Assembly (NCBI RefSeq): GCF_030684315.1
Contig: NC_081370.1
Coordinates: forward strand, 28,213,078 to 28,277,077
Length of the DNA: 64,000 bases
Direction of reading: 5' to 3'
Origin: Stegostoma tigrinum
Taxonomy: Eukaryota
The notes under the pieces were generated by a model. That model saw only the letters and a program-made list of their open reading frames with translations, had not been told where the DNA came from and ran no database searches. Both the position numbers and the translations under genes were made by a program. How positions within the stretch are numbered: position 1 is the first letter of the stretch; each line of letters begins with the position of its first letter. Positions 14,001-29,000 of the stretch are shown here, one piece after another.

Positions 14001-17000
14001 CTTTCCAATGATTCTTGCAGAGAAGGTTTGTATAAATAATGATTGAGAAGAGGAATGGGTTGAAGTGTAACTTCTTCCATGTCAGAATTCCCTACTCAGG
14101 TGATACTTACAGATACAGAAGCATAGCTTCACTGAAGCTGTTAGCACTGATAGTCTTAAGTGAACAGTATAATAACTGAAGGAAGGATGGCTTTTCTGGG
14201 GAGCATAGTTTGGATATGTTTTACTCTTTTACTGGCTAAAGTAGCTAGCATTGTCACTTATTTGTGCCTTTCTGACCCAAGTTAACATAGCACTAAACCT
14301 TCATACATGAGTAGTTTTGTGAGAGAAGGAAGCAAAATTTGTAGAAATCTTGGACTTATCCATATTACTTCATGGTGGAGGAAATTAATGTACTCATCTA
14401 CAGTAAACCTGTTTTACCCATTATTCCTCAGTCCTCTAAGCTACATTAATTTGTGATTAAGCAAGGCCTTACATTTAAAACTGTCATTTTTTCAAATCCC
14501 TTCATAATGTAACTCCTTCTTACCTCTATAATCTCCCCCAGCTCTATTTCCATTGAGATATTTGCAGTCTACAATACTGACCTCTTATTTACCTCCTACC
14601 ATTGGCGGCCATGTCTTCAGCTGTCAAATCCCTAAGCTCTGAAATACCTGGTCTACATCTCTTCACCTCTTTGCCTCTCTCCTCCTTTACGGCCCTACTT
14701 AAATCCTGACTCTATGACCAAGCTTTTGATCATCTACCCCCCACAATGACTGCTGATGTGGGTCGTGGTCAAATTTTGTTCCATAATGCCCCTGAAGTGC
14801 TTTGAGATATTTTGCTATATTAAATATAAGTATACTATACATACACATTACAGTTGTTCTTATAGACTGTTTACATATCTATACTTTACATCACATACAC
14901 AGCAGGCGCACTACAACAAAGGACAAGGTTTTAGCCCATTCAAGACCATCCACTTTCATGGAGTAAACATTAGACCCAAGATGTAAGTTATATACATGAA
15001 AAGAAAAAGAGATTTTGCAAAATATTTTCTCCTTTTGTTGCCAGGTAAGGAAAGGGTTGTTCCTGGTTGAGTTTGACAAATCTGCTAAAGATCCTAGTGA
15101 GAAGTGGCAAGTCTCTGTGCAGAAGACTGCACTGCATGATATAATTCTGTACAATGAGGCCATGAGGCATTCTGTGCTCTCAGGTGATAAGGTACTAGCA
15201 CCTTGGGAACCAGATGAAGCCAGATATGGCCCTGGAACAGTGGCATTTGGCATTGAGACCAGAGATCCACTACAAGGTATGAACTTCAATTTAAATATAC
15301 ATTTGAATATTTATGTAGTTTCTTTTTGGTTGGAGCTCATTGGATTATTTTTGACTTGAATTCAAAAGTTACAAACTGGAAACCCATTTAGACTCCTAAA
15401 AGATGCAACCGGCTAATGGGCTGATAGCAGATTGACAAGATAACAAAGTGTGGAGCTGGATGAACACAGCAGGCCAAGCAGCATCTCAGGAGCACAAAAG
15501 CTGACGTTTCGGGCCTAGACCCTTCATCCCAACCTGTTTTCTATGACATTCTCAGTGCCATTGTGATCAGAAGATCTGGAAGAGTATTGCTTAAGCCACT
15601 GCTAAGTCAGCTGTTCTGTCATAAATAAGTAAATATGTAATATTTGATAATACAAAATGTTCTATTTTGTACATTATACATTCATTTATTCTTTTCCTAT
15701 GTCAAAATAACACATGTAGCTGCCTTGCAGTGGGCAATGATTTGGCAGTAATACACTTTAACCTCTCCCATCTGGAATGCTTAGAACCAAGCATTCTTTT
15801 GGATTTTGAAAATTTGTAGATTAGAAAATGATATTAGAATGTCGAACAATGAATATACAGAGTGTCATGTTGGCTCAGTGGTTAACACTGCTGCCTCACA
15901 GTGCCAGAGACTCGGGTTTGATTCCATCTTTGATTAACTGTCTGTGTGTAGTTTGCACATTTTCCCGTGTCCGTGTAAGTTTCTGCTGGGTGTTCCGGTT
16001 TCCTCCCACAGTCTGAAGATATGCATGTTAGGTGGATTGGCCATGCTAAATTGCACATATTGTTCAGGGATGTACAGTTTAGGTGTTAGCCGTGGGGTAG
16101 GGGGAGGGGTCTGGGTGGGATACTCTTCAGAGGGTTGGTATGGACTTGTTGGGCTGAATGGCCTGTTTCTACACAGTAGGGATTCTGTGATTTGGAAACA
16201 CTTACCTGAAACTGTAACAGTGATGAAACATTAGAAAGCAGTAATAAATATTTATTCACTCAACCAAACACTATCTCCCAAATATTCATGCCATTTCTTG
16301 ATTTCGTAGAGGTGTTAGGATACACACACAATCTGATTCACAAAGTTTTTTCAAAAGAAGAACGCATATATATTCTTTATGATTTCCAACTTAACCAACA
16401 TTGTATGTATGATATCTTACATTTTGCTGCACATCTCTCAGATTCTATGATAAAGATTTTAAAAGCAAACTCTACCTTGCAATTGCTTTGGTCTGTTAAG
16501 AAACTCACTGCAAAAGAGGAGGTTGGACGTTTGTAAAGAATTTGCAAGAGAGAAAGAACGAGAGGCACAGATAGAGAGAGAGAAAGATATTGAGAGAGAA
16601 ATCAAAAAAGAAAGAGAAATTGTGAAATAAACCTTCAGAGAGGAAAAGAGAAAGAAAGGATGAGTCAGTTGACAGAGATAAAGAAAGGGATTGTGAAAGA
16701 AATTGAAAAACAGGGGCAGAGGGAGATGTAGAAATAGACTGTCAACAAGACAAAGAGGGAACATAGAGAGGGAAATTGGGTGGCATTGTAACCTTGCCTT
16801 AAGTTTCCCTCACTGCACAGTAACCATGCCCCCCATCAGCCACCATTTTCTATCCTCAGTCCAAAGATCAGGTGACCCCATGCTTTGTAGATTTGTTGCA
16901 GTGCCTGAACAGTTGAGTTGTTGGATCAGCCCAAAACAATTGTGGACAAGCGGTGTTTTCAGACTTTGGACTCCTGGACTGGAGAGGCTATGATGCAGTA

Positions 17001-20000
17001 CAAAGTGATTTGATGATGCTGGGCATATATGGGTAACTTCTTGAAAGACTGACTTTAAAAAGAATTTGAAACTGACTTGTTGATATGAGCAGAAAACATT
17101 GCTCCCAACCTTCAGATAGCTTCATGGCTTTTCAGCGAACTTTAAAAAATATCAGACTTTGTTTAAAATGAATATTAACTGTCAGTGAAATTGACAGTTT
17201 CCGGGAGTCGGAACTGACTGGAGAGCAGCAAAGACATGAAAGACAGAGCTGCTCCTCCAATCGCATTGTCTCTATAATGCTGACTGTTCGAGCTCATCTA
17301 ATCACAGGTTTCCTCTCTCCCCATCTATCTGCTGTTGTATTTCTTGTTAAGATATCCCTTATTAAATACTTTGGGTCTGGTTCAAAAGAAGTTCACTGAT
17401 TTAATCCATTTAATCGATTTATCAACAATGGTTAAACAGGTTAGGCCTTTATTTGTTAGAATTTAGAAGAATGAAGAATGATCTTATTGAAACATGCAAG
17501 ATTCTGAGGGGATTTGACAGGGTAGAATTTGAGATGTTTCCACACATGGGGAAATCACAAACAAAGGGAAGTAGTTACAGAATAAGGAACACTTGTTTAA
17601 GGCTGAGAAGCAAAGGAATTTCTTCCCTCAGAGGGTAGTGAATGTCTGGAATTCCCTACTTCAGAGATTTGTGGGAGTCAGGTCACAGCAAGTATTTAAA
17701 GAGGAGGTAGATGGGTTTTTGAAATATCAAGGAATTGAGGGCTATGAAGAGTGGCATGAAAGAGGAGTTGAGACCTGGGGATGATCGACCATGGTCTTAT
17801 ATAATGGCAGGGCAAGTTTGAAAGGCTGAATGACCTATTCCTGCTCCTATTTCTTATGTTTTAAAGTTCTTTCAAGGACAGAATCTATGATTGGAGGAAC
17901 AATTAGGGTGACAGGGAGGGAACCTCTGATTGGAGGTTGATGAGCAGTCATTCTGGCTGCTCCCAGAGTTAATGTACAGCAGACTTTTGACTCCACTGTC
18001 ACCCAACACTTTGACTAGTTGGACCCATTCAACATTATCCAAAAAGGCCAAAGACAAGAGGCCAATTAAGAAAAAGGAGGAGGCAAGAGCCGGGGTAAAA
18101 TCCAGAGTAAGGTGAAGTTAAGAGTTGGAGTGTGTGTCTGGCTCTAGACGTGCAGGGGTGTCTGTTTTAACAGTGGAAATCCAACGAGAATTGGGACCCT
18201 TCACTCAGTATAAAAGGATTCGCTGCACAGCCTTTATGTGTGAATGCATCTGCGTGCACCTGACAAACATTATTTGAAGGAATAAACCAGACATTCCCAT
18301 TGACTTTTATTTTTCTGATTGTCCGTTGGATCATGTTGCATATCAATGGCATTGCTGATTGTTTTGAATTATTCAATCACAGAAGGACCTGATAATTATG
18401 AACACTGCAGTGAATCAATTTTAAGATAACTCTTTTCAACTTCCCATTGGTTTCTGTAGTGTTGCTTTAGTCTAGAGCTTGTTATTCAGTACTGTATCAT
18501 TTTGTTTAATCTATTTACTTGATACGATACTTACTTTATCCAAAAGCATTTTTCACTGGAATAAAACTTTTCAATTATTTTACTGTGTAAGTTTTAGATT
18601 TTGGTCTATTTCAGAGTTATAGAAAATCTTTAGTTTCAATGTAACCACAACTCTAAAACTGTTCTATATATCTGAAGTTTTGGACTATATTAAATTAATT
18701 AATTATTGATAAACAGACTGACAGATAAAACTTGATGAATTATATTATTTTTCTTGTAGTGCAATAAGTGAAATATTTTAATGTTAAAAGTATACTTTCA
18801 GAATAAAAACTTTTGTCCTTTTAATTGAACAGTAATGGAAGATGATGATCTCTCTATTAAATTCTGGAATGGAAAAACAGTCAAAGTTTCCAAAAATGTG
18901 GCAATGTGGATCCCATCTGCTTTGTACGAAAGAGTGCAGCAAGAGCTGCTTACTCCTGTATCAGCCAGACGGCTTCATTGTGAAGAATTGAATTCCTGCA
19001 ATGACGTTTGTCCACGCCAGCCTCAGACTGTGCTGGTTCACCCAAGCCACTTTCAACCAACATACATCAAGTCTGGGTATTCAGTTCTCCCTGACCTGGA
19101 CCCGTATAATAATTTCTGCCATGGGTTTTATTGTGGCTTCCATGGTTTGCCATCTCATTCTGTGTGTTACTGTTTTCCACAAATGATTTCTCCAATTGGA
19201 TGGTGGCCTGTAATTCCAAGATCCACTGAATCAACAGCAATTGACATCGAGGAGTTGGACAAGAAAATTACTTCGCAGCTTCAGGAATTAGATGTTCCTA
19301 AATCTCAAAATCTCGATGAAAACATACTTTCTTCGTCATCTTCTTCATCATCTGAAGGTTCTGATAACAGCCCAGCGTTAATTGTCAGCAAGCCTACTTT
19401 GGAAGACAGGACAGTGAATACAGATTTTAAACTGTTGGAAAAACCAAGGACCCAAGTAGAGGACAGGCCAAAATGGAAATATTGGAGTCAGACCCACCAA
19501 GAGCCACATCGAAAGAAACCAGGTAAACTACTTTGCCTTCTGTTATAAATGGAGATTCTGCCAAATTTCTACTGAAGATACAGCAGTGAAATAAATAAAG
19601 TCCAATTATTATAAATCCAGCTGATTGAACTAGTGGACAAATCAGATCACAAAGTGGTGGGCTTGACAAATTATAAGTTTTATAATGGTTATCATGGTGA
19701 ATAATTAAACAAAGCCTCACACAAAACTGCAGAAGTACTTTTAACAAAAGAATACAGGTTTATTACACAAAATAAACACATGCTCCGCAGTGTAAGCAAA
19801 TATCTTTCTTTAACAAGTTTGTAAAGGGGGCCACTACAGTGCTGAAACTCACAACGAACTTTGAATAAAATCTACTAGTGCCAATATATCACAGAATTTA
19901 ACATTTTGCCTTGTGTATTGGAAAATCTAAAATAACCATTATCTTTACTTCTATCAGTGCAATGCAGACTTGCTCCCAGTGTACCCAAGTAAGTTATTCT

Positions 20001-23000
20001 TCTTTTGGCAATTTCATAAATAGGCCAAATTTATGACCAAATTGGTTATTTGTAACTGATCAAAAATTTTGTTCTAGTAGTGTAAATGTTCTACCTAGAT
20101 TTAACTTAACACAACCCAATGGTCAATCTAAGCAACGCTGTTGCAAATTCCTTGTGTCACTCAAATAGTTAATCATTGAAAAATTGCTGGTGTACTTCTC
20201 ATTACAATTGGTGTGACTGTACATTGATAAAGTCCACCCAGACAAAAACTGATATTTATTTGGTTGTATCAGTAACTGGAACTTGATAACATCCATTTTA
20301 GAAGTTTTTTTTGTTTCAAGTCGCAGTTGTCTAATTTCCTCAACACAATCTTGCAATCATGGAATCAGATATCAATTTGCCTTTGGTACCATGTTGACTT
20401 TGTGATAATTAATACACAAGTTTTGTGATCCATCTGGTTTGTTCCAGCTACAATGACTCAGTTTTATAATGTAATTATCCATCATAAACTTAATTTCTCC
20501 CCTCATTTGAGATACCTTCAGAGTTGAATCTGTACGGGTGTTGTTTTAGGTGGGTAATCCATCTCCTATATTAACTTAATGTATAGTCCGTTATTTTCCT
20601 TGGTTTCAATAGTTTTGGTGGGAGACGGCATAATATTCTGTATAACTTTTATGCATCTCTGCATTATCCTATCTGATCGCTGGAAGGTCGATTTTTTGAG
20701 TTTTCAATTTCTGGTTTATTCTTGATCTATTCTGCTCTTTTTAGTTCACATCCTATTTCTTTTGCCACTGTTAACACATCTCTGTTCTGACTGTCCACTC
20801 TGTAATAGTATTGCTCTAACACAGTAACATGAAACACTCACTGGTTTTCTCTCCTGTCCAGAGTGCTAATGACATTATTCATTTAAGTTTCTTTTTAATT
20901 TCAAAGGGTCTAGTGAATCTTGCTTTAAATTGTTCTCTGGAATAGTTAGCTGTAAAGACATGATATGGAGATTTGGCCTTATTAACTGTTGTAGTTTTCA
21001 CATTTTGTTGAGCATACACAGGTGGGACTACCACTTGACGAACTACTGCCCATTCGTTGTTTGGGTGGTATTTGAGATGGTCTAATATCTTCACTAACAC
21101 ATGTCTTTTAAATAATGACTCCCTGGTATTTGTTCTGACTCAATTTCTGAATAGGTTGCTTGGTACGACTCTCTCAGGATACATTTGTTACATTTCTTTT
21201 AATATGTAGAGGCTAAATATGTCAGCCTTAAACTCTCTACTTTTATCCTTTACATTTATATTTTCAAAGATCACAATTTTTGGTCATCTTCCCAGCTTTA
21301 AATTCAAATGTGATGAAATATCTTTCTAGTCTATCCTTTGTAAAGTTAGCCACTAAACACAGACTTCTAGTTAAATGGAATCCCTCATTGGAACTGGAAT
21401 CATCCTCCAAGGTATTAGTTCTGATTCTTCTTTTATTCTAAGCTTTTCTCTCTCCAACCTATGCTGCCCTCCACTTTCAAATCCAAGTTCCCAAACAATA
21501 ATAGTATGTTACAAACTTTCATCACACAAGGGAAAAGAACTTCGGCCTTGATTGATGGCCAGTTAGCTGCTGTGTATATGGGTTTTTAAATTCTTGAAGC
21601 CATGTTCACTATGATTCAATTTGTGGTTTTATTTCTGAAAGTGTTGGACTGAACAAAAAAACATATTATCTGGTCAGCAGTATTTTAAATACACTTGTTG
21701 CCTGCAAAATAAAACTTTTAGGCCACTAAAGGATAAGACTAGCACTTATACAGCATACTAAAATAGCACAAAGTGGTGGCAGAGTATTAAAGCATACAAG
21801 GTCACTCCTTTACATTCATTTATATTTTGTACTGTTACTGGATCATCCTTCATTTAGTACACTATGACCGTTTAATAACTGTTTAAAATGGCAAAGAAAC
21901 TGTGTGAAATATACCCTGGTCCAAATTAATTGAAATAAAACTTTAGTGTATCAACCTAATATTCAGCCATGAATAAGCACACTGCATTGTTCAAATGACA
22001 TCCCTTGGGTCCCTATAGCACTACAGTCATCATACACCCTGTGGTAATTTATCATGCTCTTGTACTTACTGCCAACATCTTTGATACATTCTACAATTAA
22101 AACCAAACTATATGTATATAGAAGTATATAGAGTTAATCTGTTTTTGTTAGAGCTTCATATGTTATGATATTTCGTGAAACATTTGTTCTAATCTAGGCC
22201 TTTCAGCTGAGAGCAGCATTGCTTAGTATATGCCTTGATAATGATGGTGGGAGCTCACAAGATAATAGAGTGAGTCACAATAACATTGTCAAAGAACCTG
22301 ATCTGAAAATTTAAGATATTGTGCCTGGTACTGTGTAGTGTCAGCGTTTGTTACCACAAAAAGACACAGAACATACAATAAAAACAATCCACACAATGTA
22401 ATGTATGTTTATGTATAAACAGCTATAATGATACATTACTGAGTGCATGTATTGTAAATTTTGATATTTAGTTTGCTATGTGAAATCTGGTGCTTTTCTT
22501 TTAAAAAAAAAGAAACATTTGAGTTCATAGCATAACCACTCCATAGGAATATTGGGGAAATTATTGCAAGTCTTGGCTCTGAATGATACTTTGAACCTGG
22601 TTACCAGTTCTTGTATGGGTGAATATTAATAGTACCATTGTAACACATGAAAAGCAAAGCATTCCACAAAGTTATAACTAGTGCTTTACCTTGCGACAAA
22701 TAGCACCAAATAGCAAAATGTGCAGGTTATGTATTTGATAACTGTTGGAAGAATTAGTTTGTTTGATTAAATTGTAATAATTACTAATTACTGTATACAA
22801 AAATTTTAGACAGTGCATTGACATGCAAAGTAAATTCAAGTGTTGTATGAAAATTACTTTAAATCCTTAGGTGTATGCATTTTGAGTTTTATCATCCATC
22901 TTAAAATTTTAAAATATCTCTGCAAACGCCTCCTACTGCAAAGAATGTGTTTGCAATCTCAGCTGAAACATCAGAGATGCCCAAGTGAAGTAGTTGTTGA

Positions 23001-26000
23001 TGATTGGTAGTGCCAGGGAAGGGAGAAATGGGCTCTCTTTGCAATGCCAACAGAACAATGACATTAGCCTGTCTTGGATCCTTCACTACCATGCTGAATA
23101 AAACATTCCCTCTTGCAGGAACATCTTCTTCAAGTCTATTAAAGAGCTTTTCTAACTCCAGTCAGCTGAATTCTTCCGTGGAGCTGCAGAACTTCGGACC
23201 AACAAATTGCACAGCTGTGTTTGAAAATGTTGATTGTACGCATCCTCTGAACAGAATCACAATGAAACAGGTTCTAACATATCAAGATCATGAAATCACG
23301 TCAGCAACCAGGGTAAACCTTAAATGATTGATCTACAAAATTGTGAGCAATTTCACACCATTGTTGTGTTTTGTTATAAATTCTTCATGATTTCCCTTAA
23401 TAGTTCACAGCTTCTACCTGACACATGACTTGTATTTTGTTTTCTCAAATTTGCTGTATACATTCGGAATATCTTACATTTATATTGCCTTTGTTTGCAG
23501 CTGTCCCATCCCATAAACCTCCCTCCCTCCTTATCTTTCTCTGCTGAAAAGATGGAAAGTCATTTCCTGTCAAGTACAGCATAACTGAATACATAACAAT
23601 GCCTTGCACACTTCTACAACTATGGGGTAATCCAGAACAAAAAAACTGCAGACGCTGGAAATCTGAAATGAAAACAGAAATTGATGGAAAATCTCAGCAG
23701 GTCTGGCAGCGTCTGTGGAGAGAAAACAGAGTTAATGTTTCAAGTAGAGTGCCCTTCTTCAGAATTGGTGGTGGCTAAGAAATGATTGTGTTTTTTTTAA
23801 ATACAGAAGTTGGGCTTGGGAGAGGTTAAACAAAAAATGGAGATAGAGCCCAAAGAGAAAGAAAAACAAGTGCATAGACAAAGGGAATAAAATGTGAGGC
23901 TGGATGAACACAGCAGGCCAAGCAGCATCTCAGGAGCACAAAAGCTGACGTTTCGGGCCTAGACCCTTCATCATCTGTCTGAAGGGTCTAGGCCCGAAAC
24001 GTCAGCTTTTGTGCTCCTGAGATGCTGCTTGGCCTGCTGTGTTCATTCAGCCTCACATTTTATTATCTTGGATTCTCCAGCATCTGCAGTTCCCATTATC
24101 TCCTCATAGACAAAGGAGTTGTTATATGTCAGTTTGGGGGATTGAATAGTTGCTGATGGGTAACCATTAGTGGCTAACAATGGGTAGTGTGTGGAAGCAG
24201 CCCATGTGATGCCATGGGTAAAGGGGCTCAAGTCCTAAAACTGTTAAACTTGATATTAAGTCCAGAAGGCTACAAGGTTCACAAGTGGAAAATGAGGTGC
24301 TTGCACTGATCTTTGCTGGAGCACTACAGCAAGCCTGAGACAGAGATGTTGGCCAGAGAATATGGTGGAGTGTTGAAGTGGCAACTGGAAGCTCAGGGTC
24401 ATTTTTGCAGACAGAACAGAAGCGTTCTGCGAAGTAGTCATCCAATCTACGTTTTGTTTCCCTGACTGGGGTAAACCATTTTAAGGAGAGAACATCCTAA
24501 TGAGCAACTATAATATTTTCATCTACCACATCATTTTCTTTGGTCATCACCTACTTCTAATTGTTATGATGTACATTGGTGTCCATTGAACACTAGATTA
24601 ACTACTCAAACATAATTCTTAGAATCAATCAACTTTAATAATCCATAAATCTCCAGCAATCCAATCGTAATGAAGTATAACAAACTATCTGGTTTTAATT
24701 TCTTGCAAATATATTGAAGTCACTGGACAGAAAGCTATGTACTAACTATATAACCAGGTATCGGCAATTTCTCCCTGAATAATCTGACTGGCAAAAGTAT
24801 TCATGCTGATGAAAATGTCATTTTTAATATCAACAACTAGGCCCAGCCTCCACCAATTCAGGAGCGCCTAGGAGAGAAACAGTTGTCACAAGACTGCCAA
24901 CATGAGAAAGCAGTTCAAAGATCAAGAAAGAAAAAGCTACAAATGCGTCAATGGGAAAGAGAGAGAGAACAGCAAAATGAAGACAATCATCAACATATTC
25001 AAGAACAACGCAGGTAAGCTGGGAATAATTGACCGGTTAAGGTCCTGAACTCACCACCTCCTGATTACTTGCCTTTCCATCATGTGAGAAAGGTGACTAT
25101 TGTCCTGACCAGGTAACCAGTACAATAGAAGAGCTTGTAAGTGATGATGTTGCCATGCTTCCCCTGGTGTCATCCATCTACGCAGTAGAGGTTAGAGATT
25201 TAGAAGGTGCTGTTGAAGGAGCCTTGGTGATTTGCTGCAATGCATCTTGTAAATCAAATACACTGCTGCTCTTGGATGATGATTAATGTAATAGATGAGG
25301 TGACGAATCAAGTAACTCAAACCCTCCAGTCCTGGTAACATCCTGGTAAATCTTTTCTGAACCTTCTCCAATTTTATAATGTCTTTCAGTATCAATGGAA
25401 ATCACTGTCAATCTTACCTCTGGGATTCAACAACTCTTTCCATGTTTGAGCCAAGGCTGTAATGAGACTTAGATGTGGGTCATTCTAATTTCCTATTGAC
25501 TGCCATCTGGGGCTATCTCAACAGCGATGGATAAGCTTAGAATCACTGACAACAACTTCAAGACATCAATGTTCAACTCTAGAAATCATCAGTTTCAGAA
25601 GAGGGCTGAAGCTGCATACTGGCGGTTTCAACAACATGGCAATTGCCAAACCTGAGCCAATATTGAACATCTCTAACAGGCCTAGATGGACATCAAGTGT
25701 AGACATTTAAAGGAGTGGGCAAAACACTTAGAATTGCACCCACCTGCCTCTTTAAACACCACCTGAGGCAGGGTTTGTGAATCCAGTATTAAACTATTTA
25801 ATAACATTGGGATCCACAATACTGCAGACGAAGAAAGTCATCCTGAGGGATGGTCCTGAGGGACAGCCTAAGAAGAAGAAATTTGTAATTGTGTCCCAGT
25901 TTCAGAACTCTGGGTGCATCAGTGTGAATATTTCTATTTTCCAAACCAGATGGTCAGAATAATTATCTCAGAATAATTGTGATGTATTATCTAATATGAA

Positions 26001-29000
26001 TTAGTACTTATTGGGGGCTCATTTGCTTGTTGTATGTGAAGTCCTAACAATCAACAGAGTAAAACTTTCATCTCATTACTCTGAATTGAATTGAAATCCA
26101 GCTCTATGAATCTGTCACCCAATACCTAACATACTACATAGCTGATTATTAGTCAATAGAAAGGGACATACATTGCAAATCTCTAACTCACGCTATGGTA
26201 CATATATTGAGAGTAGCAAACTGTTGTCATTAGTCCACACTATACAGACAATTCAATGATAAAACAAGACTTTCTTTTCTTTTCAGCTGTTACACTTGTT
26301 TTCACAACCTTTCAGCATGATACTGACCTGCTTCCCTTTTTAGGAAGAAAGTAATTCAGCGTTTGGAGAATAATTTCAAAATGGTAGCAGAATGTGAGCA
26401 CAAGCTGGAAGAAACAAACAGAGCAAAGCAACATTTACAGCAGAAGATCCAAACCAGGATCCAGTCAATAGCCTCAGAGGACAAGGAGAGAGAAGCTCGC
26501 CGATTGGCATACCACCAGCAAGTGACAGCGAGGAAGAATTTGTCAGAGGCAGAAAAAGTGAAAGCAGAAGAGATGAAAGAAATCCAGCAGCAGGTGAATT
26601 ACTGAAGAGGTTATTTCTTGGAAAGTGAAACACTTAGAATGAAAGAACATCTTTGTAAAGCTTCAAGGCAGTTCATATACTTACTGAAATATGGTCAATG
26701 GACAGTCAATATGATAGTGGTCAACCACTGCAGCCCTAGGACACTACTGCTGTAGAGCAGTATCCTAGGTCTAACCATTTTCATGTGCTTGATCAAAGAC
26801 TTCCCCTCATCATAAACTCAGATTAGATAGTTTTTGTTTGAGTTGCAACTGTTTCACTCTTATAGAACATAAATCTGTACAGCACAGGAATGAGCCTTCC
26901 AGCCCATGATGTTATGCTGAACATAATGCCAAAATCCCTTTCTGTCTATCTTTGGTCCATATCCCTCCATTCCTTGCATGTTCATGTGCTTATCTAAAAG
27001 TCCCTTAAATGTCCCTATCGTTTCTGCCTCAACCAGCATTCCTTGCAGCGTGATCCAGACTCCTGCCAGTCTCTATACAGGAAACCTGCCCCTCACCTCC
27101 TTGGATCCCCATTCCCTCTCCATGCCAATACATGGTCCTATCTATGCCTCCTCCACACCATCTCATTCCCCATGCTACTTCCAAAGTCACTTACCAGTCC
27201 CCATCATATGCAGACCTCAAGAATATTACAAATAAACTTCCAACAATTTCTAATACAGTTCTCACTTCCAAACACTTGATGCTGAAGAAACTCCTATTCA
27301 TTAAACCTGTTCAAAGGTAAGAAGTTCCTTCAAGTGTTCAATCTGTTGTAAACACAGTTCTATTCAGTGACCTAACAAAGGCAGTTACTCCTTTAATAGC
27401 TTTTGCAAACTGATCAGAAAATTGTGAATGTAGCTCCCTTTGCTGTAACAATTGTGTAGTTATAATAATAGACCCTAACAAAATAATACCAAAATCAGAT
27501 TCTTACGACTTTTCCTAACTCACACTTTAAGGTCTGCCAATCAAAACAATCCAGCTGACAGCATTCTTTTAAATCTAAATGACAGATTCCACCTTTTTCT
27601 CATGTTTAAATGGCTATGGATTTAAAAATACCTGTGATCATAACAGTTAAGTAGACTTTATCCACCCTCCTGGAACACTTACATCTGCTGCATAAATTTG
27701 TGACTTGCACATTAAGACAGCATTATTTCAAATGATACTGCTGAGTTCGTGTTTCTTGCTCCACCAGCAAAACTGGGTCATTGGGAACCTAGGAGACAAT
27801 GGGAACTGCAGATGCTGGAGAATCCAAGATAACAAAGTGTGAAGCTGGATGAACACAGCAGGCCAAGCAGCATCTCAGGAGCACAAAAGCTGACGTTTCA
27901 AGCCTAGACCCAGTCTCTGATGAAGGGTCTAGGCCCAAAACGTCAGCTTTTGTGCTCCTGAGACGCTCATTTGGAACCTATGGCAGCCTTGGGACTCACC
28001 AATCCCTTTGGCCACCTATAATCTGCTACTGGGGTTGCTGTGCCCAACTCTCCTGCCCTCACGTATCTGGAGCAAAGAGAGGGTGCCCTTTAAGCTAAGG
28101 CAGTGTCTGCCAACCATCCACAAAGGAAGCTGCAACCAGCTTTAAGTATCTCCATTCCTGCACAAACCTGATCCGATTGTGATTAACAAATAGGACAGAT
28201 AAAATATTCAGGAAGAACACTCAGGCTTTAAAATGTTCATACAGTATTGAAAATCATTGGTGTAATTCTTTTGCGTGTTCTTTTATTCATTCTGTCTCAA
28301 GAATATTATGAACCTCTGTCATTTATTGTGGTTTGTCCCAGTGGTGTGCATGAGCCACTCAATAAAGCAAAATACTGTGAATGCTGGAAATCTGAAAAAT
28401 AAAGGAAACTCTAGCAAAATCCGCATGTCAGGCAGCATGCTTTGAGAGAAACAATTAATATTTCAATGACCTTTTATTACTTATGTATTTTCATCAAGTG
28501 AAAGGGAGGAAAATGAGAAAAAGAACAAAAGGAAAAGTCTGTAAAGATGGAAGATAAAAAAATTAAGTAATAGATTTTGTTACCAAAGTACAGTACATGT
28601 CTCAAGGAGATGTGAATAGCAGGTTGACAAACAGCGGTCAGTAGAATGCAGAAATAAGAGAAAATGAGAAACAAAAACAATTGGGACCAAAATCGTGGTT
28701 TGATACTGTTGGACTCAACACAAGAGTTCAGAAGACTGCAGGATGACCAATTGAGAGATGAGATACCGTTCCTCAAGCTCACATTGACCTTCATTTGAAC
28801 ATCGTCAGAAGTCACATGACACCAGGTTACAGTCCAACGGGTTTATTCAAAATCACAAGTTTTCAAAACGCTGCTCCTTCAAGTGAAGTCATTGACCTTC
28901 ATTTGAACATGAGCAGGAGACAAAGGACAGAAAGGTCAGCAATTACAGCCAGGTGGAAAATTAAAACATTATGCAACATTGATGCTGATTGAGCATTTTC

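Noticed and set aside
15868-15930. tRNA gene
   Set aside because: The A/B boxes belong to a SINE head; there is no cloverleaf.
16545-16780. Purine-rich stretch with ORFs
   Set aside because: Decayed (GA)n low-complexity sequence.
23885-24104. Short hairpins as DNA-transposon MITEs or miRNA precursors
   Set aside because: The arms are the 3' end of the Penelope retroelement, junctions differ per copy and the tail is one-sided.
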